DNA of 28,179 nt from Elusimicrobiota bacterium (GCA_043819795.1 JBDREN010000041.1:1-28179), one strand, 5' to 3'; shown: positions 7,434 through 17,547, counted from the stretch's first letter. Notes: generated by a model not told the origin, from the sequence alone. Made by a program: numbers and translations.

Positions 7434-10400
7434 ATGCTTACCGTCCAGTACGGTCCGTTCCAGCCGGCCCTGGAGCGTGCCTTCCTCGCCGAGCTTGACG
7501 CGGTCAAGAAGGCCGACCCGTTGGCGCCCGCGGCGGTCGTGGCTCCCTCGCGCCGGATGGCGGACCGCCTGCAGCGCCTGGTCGCCTGCGAGGCGGGGCG
7601 AGCCTGCCTTCAGGTCGAGTTCCATACCTTCTACAGCCTGGCTCTCGAGATCGTGCGGGAGAGCGGGACGCTGGACCGGAGCGTGGTGGGCGACCCCATG
7701 TTCTTCGACAGGCTTCTCGACGACCTGCTCGCGTCCCATGCCGAAGGAGCGCAATCCCGTCCCCGCGGCCTGTCGGCATCCTACCGGTCCAGCCTCAAGG
7801 ACCTCATCGACGCCGGGGTGGAGCCACGGGCCGCGGACCTGCTCGATGAGGGGCTTCTCGACGACGCGTACGAGGCGGAGCGTTTCAGGCGGCTGCTGGC
7901 GGTCCTGCGGCGCTACGAGGAGCGCATGGACGAGCTGCGGGTGACGCCGGTCTCGGGGCTCACGCGGCGGGCGACCGAGGCGGCCTCCGCGTCTCCGGTG
8001 CTCCGGCGCTACCGAGCGATCCTCTACTACGGGTTCTACGATCTCACGGGACTTCAGGCCGATTTCTTCGAGGCGGTCGCGAAGGACTATCCCGTCACGC
8101 TCTTCTATCCCTACCGGAAGGGGCATCCGGGCTATTCCTTCTGTGACCGGTTCTTCGAGACCAAGCTCCATCTTGGCGGCCGCACGCCGCGGGCCCTCGA
8201 CGGCGGGGGCGAGGGCCGCGCGTTGGGCAAGGCCCTGGACGCGCTCTTCGTCCCGGGCGCGGAGGGGAGCGTCGCGGACGGAGCGCTCCGGTTCTTCACG
8301 GCCTCGGGAGCCCGCGACGAATCTTGGCGCGTGGCCAAGGAGGTGCTCCGGCTCGTCGAGGAGGAAGGCTACGCCCACGGCGAGATAGGCGTCGTGGCCC
8401 GCGCCCTCGATCCGTACCGGACGGCCGTCACCGAGGCGTTCGAGGAGTCCTGCATCCCGTTCCATATGAGCGCCGAGGAGCCGCTCCTGCGGCGGCCCGC
8501 GGCCCGGATGTGCCTGAAGCTGCTTACTCTGGCTCGGCGCGATTTCCCCGCGCTGGCCGTCCTGGACCTGACCGAATCGCCGTTCTTCAAGGGCCGGCGG
8601 GGCAGGTTTTGGAGGACGCTGGTGCGCCGGCTCCGCGTCCATCGCGGTTGGATGCAGTGGGAAGGCAAGCTCCTTCCCGCGACCCGTGCGGACTTCGAGC
8701 TCTATCCCCAGCTCGCGGCCGAGGGACGGCGGGGGACCGTGGTCCCTCAAGAGCAGTCTCGGGCGCTCTGGGACCTGCTCTGCGAGTGGCGCCGGCGCCT
8801 GACGCCCCCGGAGCGCCGGCGATGGTCCGAATGGGCGGATTACGCGTGCGATTTCCTTCGCGAGCACCTAGACGGGAAAGGGGATCCCGGTTTCGAGGAG
8901 GCCCTCGGCGGCCTCGACGGCCTGCGGGTATTCGACCTCCTGGGCGAGCCGGCGACGTTCGACGAGTTCCTCGACGCGGCAGAGGATCGCCTGACCCGGG
9001 CCGGCCGTCCGGTCGGGGGGGCGGAGGGGAGCGGGGTGCGCGTCCTCGACGCGATGGAGGCCCGCGGGGAATCGTTCCGCGCGCTCTTCCTGGTCGGCAT
9101 GCGGGAGGGCCTCTTCCCTAGGACGATACGGGAGGACCCGCTGCTGCGCGACTCGGCGCGCGCCGCCCTGCGCGAGACCGGCGGCTACTGGATCGCGGCG
9201 AAGCAGGCCGCCTACGACGAGGAGAAGCTGCTCTTCACTCTGCTGGCGGGGTCCGTCTCCGAGCGCCTCTACTGCTCCCACCCGCGCTCGGACGAGGAGG
9301 GGCGGGCGCAGATCCCCTCGATCTATCTCCTGGACCTCTGCCGGGCGGCGGGAGTCCGTCTCTCGCAGGCCGAGCTCAGCGAGCGCGTCCCGCGTCAGCC
9401 GGAGCGCAAGCTGACCCTCCCTCATCTGGCCCCCTACCTGACGCCGAAGGAGGCCTCGGTGGCGGCCGCTTTGACGCGGACCGGATCCCGCGCCCTTTAC
9501 CGGGCCCTCGGCTGGGACGCGGACGGCTACGAGGCTCTGGCGCGGCGCGTGGCCGACATGAACCGCCGCGGCGGACCGGGTCCCTACGACGGGTTAGTGG
9601 GTCCTCCGGCGGAATACCTGGGCGAGCTGCGCCGGCGGGGCCTGTCTCCCTCCGCGCTGGCGATCCTCGCGCGCTGTCCGTTCCAGTTCTACTCCTCGCG
9701 CGTGCTCGGGCTGGAAGAGCCCGAGGAGCCTTGCCCCAGCGGCGAGGTATCCCCCGCCGTGAAGGGGGACATCTATCACGGCGTGCTGTCCCGCTTCTAC
9801 AGGCGCTTGCGGCGGGAGGGCTTCTGGCGGCGCGAGCGGGCGGCGTTCCCGGAGCCGGCGCTGCGGGCCGCGGAGGACGAGGTCTTCGCCGCCTACGGGT
9901 GGCGGGAGCTCGGGGTCTACCCCCTGCTGTGGGACATCACGCGGGAGGGGATGCGCGGCCACCTGCGCGTCTTCCTTCAGCGGGACCTCCGGGAGCTCGG
10001 CGAGTCGGGGATGCGGCCGGAGCTGTTCGAGGAACCCATGGAGTCGCCCCTCGCCGTAGGGCTGCCCGAGGCTCTTAGGGGGATGCCCTTCCAGGGCCGG
10101 GCCGACCGGGTGGATGTCGGCGGCGGCTCGTTTCGCGTCGTGGACTACAAGTCCCGCTGGAGGAGACACGAGAAACTCGAGGCCCTGGTCCGCAAGGGCG
10201 AGACCTTCCAGCCGCCGGTGTACCTGGAGCTCGCCGCGCGGCATCCGCGGCTGAAGGAGGATGAGCCCGGCGGCGTCCGCTTCTGCGCTATCGAGGATGG
10301 GCCCGAGACCAACGGGCGCCCATGGGTCCACGAATACGGAGCCGACGCCCACCGTCGGAGCCGGGAAGCCCTGTTCGAGGAGCTTTCCCGCCTCGCGGGG

Positions 10401-10532
10401 ACGGTGAGCCTCGGGAAGTTCCTCATCCGTCCGGACGAGGGGGCCCACGGCCATTGCCGCTGGTGTCCGTTCGGCGCCCTCTGCCGCAAGAGCCATCCCA
10501 TGACGCTGATACGCAGCGCGGAGGCCCGATGA
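7434..10532 (+). CDS. addB: AddB/RexB-like helicase-nuclease subunit with a C-terminal PD-(D/E)XK domain (1032 aa)
   Basis: Degenerate helicase scaffold (GFYDLT.LQ, GMREG.FP), LSPS...CPFQF, GRADRVD...VVDYKS, and C-terminal CRWCPFGALC, giving a four-Cys Fe-S arrangement. Coupled to the addA-like gene. Confidence 0.85.
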   Translation: MLTVQYGPFQPALERAFLAELDAVKKADPLAPAAVVAPSRRMADRLQRLVACEAGRACLQVEFHTFYSLALEIVRESGTLDRSVVGDPMFFDRLLDDLLASHAEGAQSRPRGLSASYRSSLKDLIDAGVEPRAADLLDEGLLDDAYEAERFRRLLAVLRRYEERMDELRVTPVSGLTRRATEAASASPVLRRYRAILYYGFYDLTGLQADFFEAVAKDYPVTLFYPYRKGHPGYSFCDRFFETKLHLGGRTPRALDGGGEGRALGKALDALFVPGAEGSVADGALRFFTASGARDESWRVAKEVLRLVEEEGYAHGEIGVVARALDPYRTAVTEAFEESCIPFHMSAEEPLLRRPAARMCLKLLTLARRDFPALAVLDLTESPFFKGRRGRFWRTLVRRLRVHRGWMQWEGKLLPATRADFELYPQLAAEGRRGTVVPQEQSRALWDLLCEWRRRLTPPERRRWSEWADYACDFLREHLDGKGDPGFEEALGGLDGLRVFDLLGEPATFDEFLDAAEDRLTRAGRPVGGAEGSGVRVLDAMEARGESFRALFLVGMREGLFPRTIREDPLLRDSARAALRETGGYWIAAKQAAYDEEKLLFTLLAGSVSERLYCSHPRSDEEGRAQIPSIYLLDLCRAAGVRLSQAELSERVPRQPERKLTLPHLAPYLTPKEASVAAALTRTGSRALYRALGWDADGYEALARRVADMNRRGGPGPYDGLVGPPAEYLGELRRRGLSPSALAILARCPFQFYSSRVLGLEEPEEPCPSGEVSPAVKGDIYHGVLSRFYRRLRREGFWRRERAAFPEPALRAAEDEVFAAYGWRELGVYPLLWDITREGMRGHLRVFLQRDLRELGESGMRPELFEEPMESPLAVGLPEALRGMPFQGRADRVDVGGGSFRVVDYKSRWRRHEKLEALVRKGETFQPPVYLELAARHPRLKEDEPGGVRFCAIEDGPETNGRPWVHEYGADAHRRSREALFEELSRLAGTVSLGKFLIRPDEGAHGHCRWCPFGALCRKSHPMTLIRSAEAR

Positions 10533-13500
10533 GCGTCGCCCTCCCCGACGCCCGGGACCGCGACCTCGCTCGGCTGGACGTCACGCGCAGCGTGATCGTC
10601 GAGGCCGGGGCCGGGACCGGAAAGACGACGCTTCTCATCGACCGCATCGTGTTCCTCCTGCTCGGGAGGCGCGGCAAGGAGGGGGGCCTCGACGTGGCGC
10701 GGCTGGTCGCGCTCACGTTCACGGAGAAGGCCGCCTCGGAGATCAAGTTCCGCCTGGCCGAGCGCCTCAACCAGCTCGCCTCGCTCGTCGAGGGCCGTTC
10801 GCTGGACGGGGCCGAGGGCCCCGCCGCCGAGCGCTGCCTGCACGACCTGCGGACCCGCTTCCGCCGCGAGCCGAAGGATATCCGGGAGCTGGCGCAGCGG
10901 GCCCTGCGCGACCTGGAGCGCGCCCAGATCGGAACCATCCATTCCTTTTGCTCGCATCTTCTGCGCCTGTATCCTCTCGAGGCGGGAGTCGACCCCGAGT
11001 TCCGCGTCGACGCCGGAGAGGAGGCGCTCGACGACCTGTTCGAGAGCGAGTGGGCGCAATGGCTCGACCGGGAGCTCGGACAGGACCCGCCCCGCCCCGG
11101 GCTCTGGCGCCGCGTCCTCGGCTCCGCGGCCGGGGGAGGCGGCGTCTCTCTTGAGGACGTGCGGGACCTGGCGCGGGGACTCATCGGCCCGCGGGTGGAT
11201 ATGCAGGACGTTTCCTTGGGCGGACGGCGGGTGGCCGGGCGCCTGCGCGCCTTGGGGGAGCGGGCGGCCCGGCTCGGCGAGGGGCGGGAGAAGCCTCGGG
11301 GGCGCGTCCTGGAGCACCTCGCGTGGATGAGCTCCCGGTTCTCGGCCGCGGCCGACGCGGTCGAGGGGAAGGCGGCGGTCGCCGACACGCCGCCGTGCGC
11401 GAAGGCGCCCAAGTGGCCCGCCAACTGGGACGCCGACGGCGAGCCGCAGTACGAGAGTCTCTCGCGGATCGTCCGGCGCGTCGAGCCGCGCCACGAGGCG
11501 ATGTTCCGCGACGCGTTCGAGCTTCTGGCCCCGTTCGTGGCCGGGTTCCGGGCCGCCTACCGCCGCCGCGGCTGGATCACGTTCGACGGCCTGCTTACGT
11601 CCGCGCGGGACCTCGTCCGCGACCATCCCCGCGTCCGGTCCGAGCTCAAGCGCCGCCTGGGGGCAATCCTCATCGACGAGTTCCAGGACACCGACCCGCT
11701 GCAGGGCGAGCTTCTCATGTTCCTAGGCGAGTCCCGGGCTGGCGCGGCCAAGAGCTGGCGGGACATACGCCTCGAACCCGGGAAGCTGTTCATCGTCGGC
11801 GACCCGAAGCAGTCCATCTACCGATTCCGCGGCGCCGACATCGCGGCAGCGGAGTCCTTCACGGCCCATCTTGAAGGGCAGGGCGCGCTGCGCTGCGCGC
11901 TGCAGACGAACTTCCGGAGCCAGGCCGGCCTAGTGAACGCGATCAACCGCGTGTTCGACGCCGTGATGCGTCCGGCGGCCGGCCTTCAGCCCGCGTACCT
12001 GCCGATCAGCCCGGCGCCGGACCGGCCGGCGCGCGGCGGACCGGAGTGGATCCAAGTCGTCGCGCCCTCCGCCGAGCCGGACCGGAAGGTCTCGGCCGAC
12101 GAGAGCCGCCGCGCGGAGGCGGGCTGGATCGCCCGCTGGATCCGCGAGGATCGCGGCGGATACGAGTACCGTGAGGTCGCGGTGGTGCTGCGCAGCACCT
12201 CGGCCTTATCGGTCTATCTGGAGGCCCTCAAGCGCGCCGACATCCCCTACGTCGTGGAGGGGGAGAAGTACTTCTACGGGACGCAGGAGGTCGTGGACTT
12301 CCTCAACCTTCTGCGCGCGATCGACGACCCCTCCGACCGCATCGCGCTCGCGGGGCTCCTGCGTTCGCCGCTCGTCGCGCTCGAGGACCGGGAGATCTAC
12401 CGCCTGTGTCGAGGCGGAGGGCTCGACTACCGCAAGCGGGCGCCCGGGAGGAAGGTCGCGGCCGCTCTTGAGCCCTTCTTCGGGATGCTGCGCCGCTTCC
12501 ATGAGCGCGCGGGCCGCGAGCCGCTCGGCGACCTGATGCGCGCGGTCCTGCGCGACACCTTCCTAGTGGAGCTCTGCGCCCAGGCGTACCATCACCAGCA
12601 GACGGCCTCGAACCTGCTCAAGTTCGGCCGCTTGGCGGCCGAGTCCTGTGACCGGGGGGCGACGCTCAAGGAGTTCATTGAGACGGTCTCACTCTCGATG
12701 AAGGACTTCCGGGAGGAGGGGGAAAGCCCTCTGGCCGACGAAGATTTCGACGCCGTCCGCGTGCTCACGATCCATAAGGCCAAGGGGCTGGAGTATCCCG
12801 TAGTCATCCTGCCGAACCTCTCGGGGGGGACGCAGGGCGGCCCGTCGGAGGACGCCGCGCGCGTGGGGTGGTCGGACGGCATAGTGGGGCTGCGCATGGG
12901 CGGCGCCGGCGCCGCCAACGCCGCGATGGCTCTGCTCGATGAGGAGGAGCTGCGTCGCCAGCGGGAGGAGGAGGTCCGCGTCCTCTACGTCGCCATGACG
13001 CGTTCGAAAGAACGGCTGATGCTTCTCGGGAGCACCACTCGTCGCGGCGCGTCGTTCGCCTCCCTGCTCGACGCGGCCGGGTGCCTGGCCAGCCGGGAGC
13101 TGCCCCTCGATAGCGTGGAGGCGGGAGGCGGGGGCGGCCGGCGGAGGCCGGCCACCGGGTGGAAGGCTCCTGATCCGGCGAGGCTGGCCGCCGACTGGAA
13201 GAGGCGCCGGGAACGCTGCGCCGCGGTCCAGGAGAAGGCCCTATTCACCCATCCTACCGAGCGGCGGGACGGGGACGCGGGACGGAAGCCTTCAACGCCT
13301 GGGCCCCGCGAGCGTGGGCGCGGGGGAGACCGGCCGGCCGGGCCCGATGGGCCGCCTCGAAGCTCCGCGCCGCGCGCCGCTCTGCTCGGAAGGCTGTGCC
13401 ACGAGGCGCTCGAGCGCTGGGATTTCCGGACCGGCCGGCCGGTGCCGGCGGGCGGGGACGCTGGGCGGGATCCTTCCCCAGCCGGGTCCCGCGAGCATGG

Positions 13501-13906
13501 GCTCGCGGGGCTGCGGCGCCTGATCGCGCGCCGAGCGGAGCTTCTGAGCCGCGAGGAGCCGCAGGCCGACCGCGCGGGCCTTGAGGAGGAATGCGAGCGG
13601 ATCGTGGGCGGGTTTCTCCGCTCGAGCGCGGCCCGGGAGCTGGCCGCCTGCGAGATACTCGGCCGGGAGATCCCGTTCCTGTACGCGGAGGACGGGCAGG
13701 TGGTCCGCGGCAAGATCGACGTGCTGTACAGGAAGGGGAAGGGTCTGATCGTCGCCGACTACAAGACCGATCGGGTGCGCGGCAAGGAGAGGGCGAAGCT
13801 CGCGGCGAAATACGCGCGGCAGGGCCGCTTCTACGTCCGGGCCGTCGAGCGCGCTATGGGCCTGAAAGGGATCAAGTTCAAGGCCGTATTCCTGAGGAGC
13901 GCATGA
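10529..13906 (+). CDS. addA: AddA/UvrD-family ATP-dependent helicase-nuclease (1125 aa)
   Basis: ATGA overlap with SD GGAGG. Motifs AGAGTGKT, LTFTEKAA.E, TIHSF, IDEFQDT, VGDPKQSIYRFRGAD, TIHKAKGLE, LYVAMTR; nuclease G.ID...DYKT. Confidence 0.9.
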   Translation: MSVALPDARDRDLARLDVTRSVIVEAGAGTGKTTLLIDRIVFLLLGRRGKEGGLDVARLVALTFTEKAASEIKFRLAERLNQLASLVEGRSLDGAEGPAAERCLHDLRTRFRREPKDIRELAQRALRDLERAQIGTIHSFCSHLLRLYPLEAGVDPEFRVDAGEEALDDLFESEWAQWLDRELGQDPPRPGLWRRVLGSAAGGGGVSLEDVRDLARGLIGPRVDMQDVSLGGRRVAGRLRALGERAARLGEGREKPRGRVLEHLAWMSSRFSAAADAVEGKAAVADTPPCAKAPKWPANWDADGEPQYESLSRIVRRVEPRHEAMFRDAFELLAPFVAGFRAAYRRRGWITFDGLLTSARDLVRDHPRVRSELKRRLGAILIDEFQDTDPLQGELLMFLGESRAGAAKSWRDIRLEPGKLFIVGDPKQSIYRFRGADIAAAESFTAHLEGQGALRCALQTNFRSQAGLVNAINRVFDAVMRPAAGLQPAYLPISPAPDRPARGGPEWIQVVAPSAEPDRKVSADESRRAEAGWIARWIREDRGGYEYREVAVVLRSTSALSVYLEALKRADIPYVVEGEKYFYGTQEVVDFLNLLRAIDDPSDRIALAGLLRSPLVALEDREIYRLCRGGGLDYRKRAPGRKVAAALEPFFGMLRRFHERAGREPLGDLMRAVLRDTFLVELCAQAYHHQQTASNLLKFGRLAAESCDRGATLKEFIETVSLSMKDFREEGESPLADEDFDAVRVLTIHKAKGLEYPVVILPNLSGGTQGGPSEDAARVGWSDGIVGLRMGGAGAANAAMALLDEEELRRQREEEVRVLYVAMTRSKERLMLLGSTTRRGASFASLLDAAGCLASRELPLDSVEAGGGGGRRRPATGWKAPDPARLAADWKRRRERCAAVQEKALFTHPTERRDGDAGRKPSTPGPRERGRGGDRPAGPDGPPRSSAPRAALLGRLCHEALERWDFRTGRPVPAGGDAGRDPSPAGSREHGLAGLRRLIARRAELLSREEPQADRAGLEEECERIVGGFLRSSAARELAACEILGREIPFLYAEDGQVVRGKIDVLYRKGKGLIVADYKTDRVRGKERAKLAAKYARQGRFYVRAVERAMGLKGIKFKAVFLRSA
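13270..13319 (+). repeat. Dispersed repeat copy 2, in frame inside addA
   Basis: 33/37 nt match to 4584-4620 and 39/50 nt match to 13453-13502. Confidence 0.7.
13453..13510 (+). repeat. Dispersed repeat copy 3 (diverged), in frame inside addA
   Basis: 39/50 nt ungapped match to copy 2. Ends in a perfect hairpin, CCCGCGAGC-ATGG-GCTCGCGGG (13488-13509). Confidence 0.6.
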
Positions 13907-14658
13907 CCGAGGAACGCACGATCGAGGAGAGTATGACCGCGAGAACTTTCGGGCTGGTCGGGCTCTGCCTGCTGCTCGCGGCGGCGTTGGTCCTGGGCTA
14001 CGTGGCGTGGCTGCCGGATGTCTCGGACCTCGAGTCCAAAAATCCGATGACCACGCAGTACGTGCGGATCTACGTCCGCCGCATGCTCCGCAAGGGAGAA
14101 CGTCCCGTCACGGCGATGCGCTGGGTGCGGCTCGAGGAGATATCGCCGTATCTGCGCCGCGGCGTCCTGATCGCGGAGGACGACCGCTTCTACCAGCACC
14201 ACGGGGTGGACTGGGTCGCGTTCAAGGAGGCGGTCCGCTACAACCTCAGCAAGCGGCAGCTCGCTCGCGGGGCCAGCACGATCACCCAGCAGGTGGCGAG
14301 AAACCTGTTCCTGTCGCCCGAACGGAGCCCGGTCCGGAAGCTCAAGGAGCTCCTGATCGCGCGTCACCTCGAGCGCTCGCTCGGCAAGGAGCGCATCCTC
14401 GAGATCTACCTCAACATCGTGGAGTGGGGAGAGGGCGTCTTCGGCGCCGAGGCGGCGAGCCTCGTCTATTTCGGCAAGCACGCCTCCGAGCTCACGCCGG
14501 AAGAGGCCGTCGCGCTGGCGGCCGCCCTGCCGAGCCCGTACGAGCGGCATCCCGGCGTGCCACCGGACGAGCGCATGCGGAAGCTCCGGGACCTCTATCT
14601 GGAGCGCATGCGCGCGGCGGGCTATGTCCCGGAGAGGACGGCGGCCGACCGGCCTTGA
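13903..14658 (+). CDS. mtgA: Monofunctional peptidoglycan transglycosylase (GT51)
   Basis: ATGA overlap with addA (alternative start at 13933). N-terminal TM; motifs EDDRFYQHHGVD, GASTITQQVARNL, RKLKE, KERILEIYLN; no transpeptidase domain. Confidence 0.92.
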   Translation: MTEERTIEESMTARTFGLVGLCLLLAAALVLGYVAWLPDVSDLESKNPMTTQYVRIYVRRMLRKGERPVTAMRWVRLEEISPYLRRGVLIAEDDRFYQHHGVDWVAFKEAVRYNLSKRQLARGASTITQQVARNLFLSPERSPVRKLKELLIARHLERSLGKERILEIYLNIVEWGEGVFGAEAASLVYFGKHASELTPEEAVALAAALPSPYERHPGVPPDERMRKLRDLYLERMRAAGYVPERTAADRP

Positions 14659-14720
14659 GCGCCCCGCCGATAAAGGGGATGGACCTCTCCCGGCAATATT
14701 GAGCATAATATCCGTCAGCC

Positions 14721-15779
14721 ATGCTTGATTTCTTATTCGGGCTCTTCTCCAACGACATGGGCGTCGATCTGGGCACGGCCAATACGCTGGTCTGCGTCAG
14801 GGAGAAGGGCATCGTGCTGCGCGAACCTTCCGTGGTCGCCCTCGATAGGGAGACCCGGCAGGTGCTGGCCGTGGGCACCGAGGCCAAGAGGATGCTCGGC
14901 CGCACCCCGGACTCGATCGTCACGGTGCGGCCTCTCAAAAACGGCGTCATCGCGGACTTCGAGGTGACGCAGCAGATGATCAAGTATTTCATCCGCAAGG
15001 TGCACAACCGCAGCAGCCTGCTCCACCCGCGGATCGTCGTCAGCGTCCCCTCCGGGATCACGGAAGTGGAGCGGCGCGCGGTGCAGGAGTCGGCGGAGCA
15101 GGCCGGGGCCCGCGAGGTGTTCATCATCGACGAGGCGATGGCCTCGGCCATCGGGGCCGACCTGCCGGTTTCGGAGCCGCACGCGAGCATGATCCTCGAC
15201 ATCGGGGGCGGAGCGGCCGAGGCGGCCGTCATCTCGCTGGGCGGCATGGTCGTCTCGAAGTGCATCGGGATCGCCGGAGACGAGTTCGACGAGGCGATCC
15301 AGCAGTACCTCCGGCGCAAGCACAACCTCATCATCGGGGAGACGACCGCCGAGAACATCAAGATCCGCATCGGCTCGGTATTCCCCCTGAAGGAGGAGAT
15401 GACGCTCGAGGTCAAGGGGCGCGATCAGGCCGGCGGGCTGCCCAAGACCGTCATCATCAGCTCCGAGGAGGTCCGGCAGGCGTTCAAGGAGCCGATCACG
15501 ATCATCCTCGACATGGTCAAGGACGCGCTGGAAGAGACCCCGGCCGAGCTTTCGGCGGACCTCGTGGACCGCGGCATCGTTCTCGCCGGCGGGGGGGCCC
15601 TGATCCGGGGCCTGCCCGAGCTCATCCGCCAGGAGACCGAGCTGCCGGTGCAGCGCGCGGAGGACCCGCTGACCACCGTGGCCATCGGCACGGGGCGCTA
15701 CCTCGAGATCCTCGACGAGCTGGATCACAGCAAGAGGATCAGCCTCTCCCGGGCGCGGGGCTCGCTCAACCGCCAGTGA
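14721..15779 (+). CDS. mreB: Rod shape-determining protein MreB (variant phosphate-2 loop)
   Basis: Motifs [62 protein letters not shown]. Confidence 0.95.
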   Translation: MLDFLFGLFSNDMGVDLGTANTLVCVREKGIVLREPSVVALDRETRQVLAVGTEAKRMLGRTPDSIVTVRPLKNGVIADFEVTQQMIKYFIRKVHNRSSLLHPRIVVSVPSGITEVERRAVQESAEQAGAREVFIIDEAMASAIGADLPVSEPHASMILDIGGGAAEAAVISLGGMVVSKCIGIAGDEFDEAIQQYLRRKHNLIIGETTAENIKIRIGSVFPLKEEMTLEVKGRDQAGGLPKTVIISSEEVRQAFKEPITIILDMVKDALEETPAELSADLVDRGIVLAGGGALIRGLPELIRQETELPVQRAEDPLTTVAIGTGRYLEILDELDHSKRISLSRARGSLNRQ

Positions 15780-15824
15780 GGTGATCCGGGCCTTAGAAGG
15801 ATCCGTGCCGCGCGCGTCCGCCGG

Positions 15825-17510
15825 CTATTTGATCCCCGCGCACGCCTCGACCACGTTGAAAGCGTGGTCGCCCATCTTCTCGAAGCTGGTCAGCATGTCC
15901 GTGAAAAGCACCCCCGCCAAGGCGCTGCATTTTCCCGCCAAGAGGCGGGCCAGGTTGGCTTTCCTGAAGCGGTCGCGGAGCGCGTTGAGCTCGTCCTCGC
16001 GCTTCTGCGCCCCGGGGATGGGATCCTCCTCCCGGTCGAGGATCATCGCTCGCATCGCCGCGAGGACCTCCTCGGCCTTGTCGGCCATGGCTCGGATCTC
16101 CCGGACCGCCTCGTCGCTGAACCGGTAGTCCTTCTCGGTCTGGCGCTCGAGCAGTATCGCCATCTTCTCGCCGTGGTCCCCGATGCGCTCCAGGTCGTTG
16201 ATCATGCTCAGGAGCGAGAGCGTCTCCTTGCTCGCGGGCGTCGAGAGATGGCCGTGCACGAGCGAAGCGAGGTACTCGTTGATCTTCTGCTCCAGGACGT
16301 CGGTCGTCCGCTCGTCTTTGCGGAGGCGCTCGAGGAGCCTCCGGCGCTCGCGCTTCTCCGCCGTGAGGGCCCTCTTGATGTCGGCGATCATTCGCAGCGT
16401 GATCCCCGCCATCCGGTCCACTTCCTTCTGAGCGGCCGCGATGGCGAGCTCCGGCGTGGCCGCCAGCGGCGTCGAGATGTAGACCAGCCCGCGCTCCTCC
16501 CGCTCCTCCTCGGACTCCGGCAGGATCCAGACGATGAGCCGCTCAAGGCGGTGGATCAGCGGCAGCATCACCGCGGTGTTGGCGACGTTGAACGCCGTGT
16601 GGAACGCGGCGATGTGCGTCGGGACGGCCACGAGCAGGGCGTTCTCGCCCGTGCCGTAGGGGTCCCCGGGCAGGATGAGATCGACCATTGAGAGGAAAGG
16701 TCTAAAGAGGACGACCACGCCCGCCACTCCGATCATGTTGAACAGGAAGTGCCCGAGGGCCGCGCGCCGCGCGACCAGCGGCGCGCCGATCGAGGCCAGG
16801 ATCGCCGTGGCCGTCGTGCCGACGTTCTGGCCCACGACCATGGCCACGGCGGTCGGGTAGTCGATGATGCCCTGGGCCGCGGCCGTGAGCGTGACGGCCA
16901 TCATGGCGCTGGAGGATTGAAAGATCGTCGTCAGGACGGCGCCGACCAGGACGGCCAGCACCAGCCCCGAGAGCGTCTCGGGGCTGAAGCGCGTGATCCA
17001 GGCCATGACCTCGGGCACCTCGCGCACGCCCGGGATCGCCTGGTTGAGCAAAGACAGGCCCAGGAAGAGCAGCCCGAAACCCACGAGGACCTCCCCCACA
17101 CGGTGGGGGGTGCGCCAGCGCCGGATGAACTGCGAGAAGAACCCGATCCCGATGAGCGGCACGGCGAACCTGGAGATCTTCACCTTGAAGCCCAGAAGGC
17201 TTACGAGCCAGCCGGTAGTCGTCGTGCCGATGTTGGCCCCGAAGATTATGCCGAGGCTCTCGCTGAGCGTGAGGAGCCCCGCGCTGCAGAAGCCGACCAC
17301 CATCACGGTCGTCGCGCTCGAGGACTGCACCGCGCAGGTGACGAGGAAGCCGGAAAGCGTTGCGCTGAAGCGGTTGGCGGTGGCTTTGGCGAGGATCTGG
17401 CGCAGGCGGGTGCCGGCCGCTTTCTGAAGGCCCTCGCTCATGACCTTCAGTCCGTAAAGGAACACTCCCAGGGCGCCGAGGAGGTTTAGGGCAAGGAGCA
17501 GATGGCTCAC
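15825..17510 (-). CDS. Na+/Pi cotransporter family protein with C-terminal PhoU-like domains
   Basis: Repeated motifs VQSSSATT..GANIGTT and FQSSSA..GQNVGTT; PhoU-like DLERIGDH and FEKMGDH. GTG at 17510 chosen because the longer TTG start lies within the -10 element. Confidence 0.92.
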   Translation of the reverse strand: MSHLLLALNLLGALGVFLYGLKVMSEGLQKAAGTRLRQILAKATANRFSATLSGFLVTCAVQSSSATTVMVVGFCSAGLLTLSESLGIIFGANIGTTTTGWLVSLLGFKVKISRFAVPLIGIGFFSQFIRRWRTPHRVGEVLVGFGLLFLGLSLLNQAIPGVREVPEVMAWITRFSPETLSGLVLAVLVGAVLTTIFQSSSAMMAVTLTAAAQGIIDYPTAVAMVVGQNVGTTATAILASIGAPLVARRAALGHFLFNMIGVAGVVVLFRPFLSMVDLILPGDPYGTGENALLVAVPTHIAAFHTAFNVANTAVMLPLIHRLERLIVWILPESEEEREERGLVYISTPLAATPELAIAAAQKEVDRMAGITLRMIADIKRALTAEKRERRRLLERLRKDERTTDVLEQKINEYLASLVHGHLSTPASKETLSLLSMINDLERIGDHGEKMAILLERQTEKDYRFSDEAVREIRAMADKAEEVLAAMRAMILDREEDPIPGAQKREDELNALRDRFRKANLARLLAGKCSALAGVLFTDMLTSFEKMGDHAFNVVEACAGIK

Positions 17511-17521
17511 GGGTGGGGCCC

Positions 17522-17530
17522 ATGATACCA
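17522..17530 (-). promoter_or_regulatory. Extended -10 promoter for the Na/Pi cotransporter
   Basis: TGGTATCAT (TGn-TATCAT) 11 nt upstream of the GTG; no SD. Confidence 0.5.
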
Positions 17531-17547
17531 AAATGCCCGCGGCGCTG

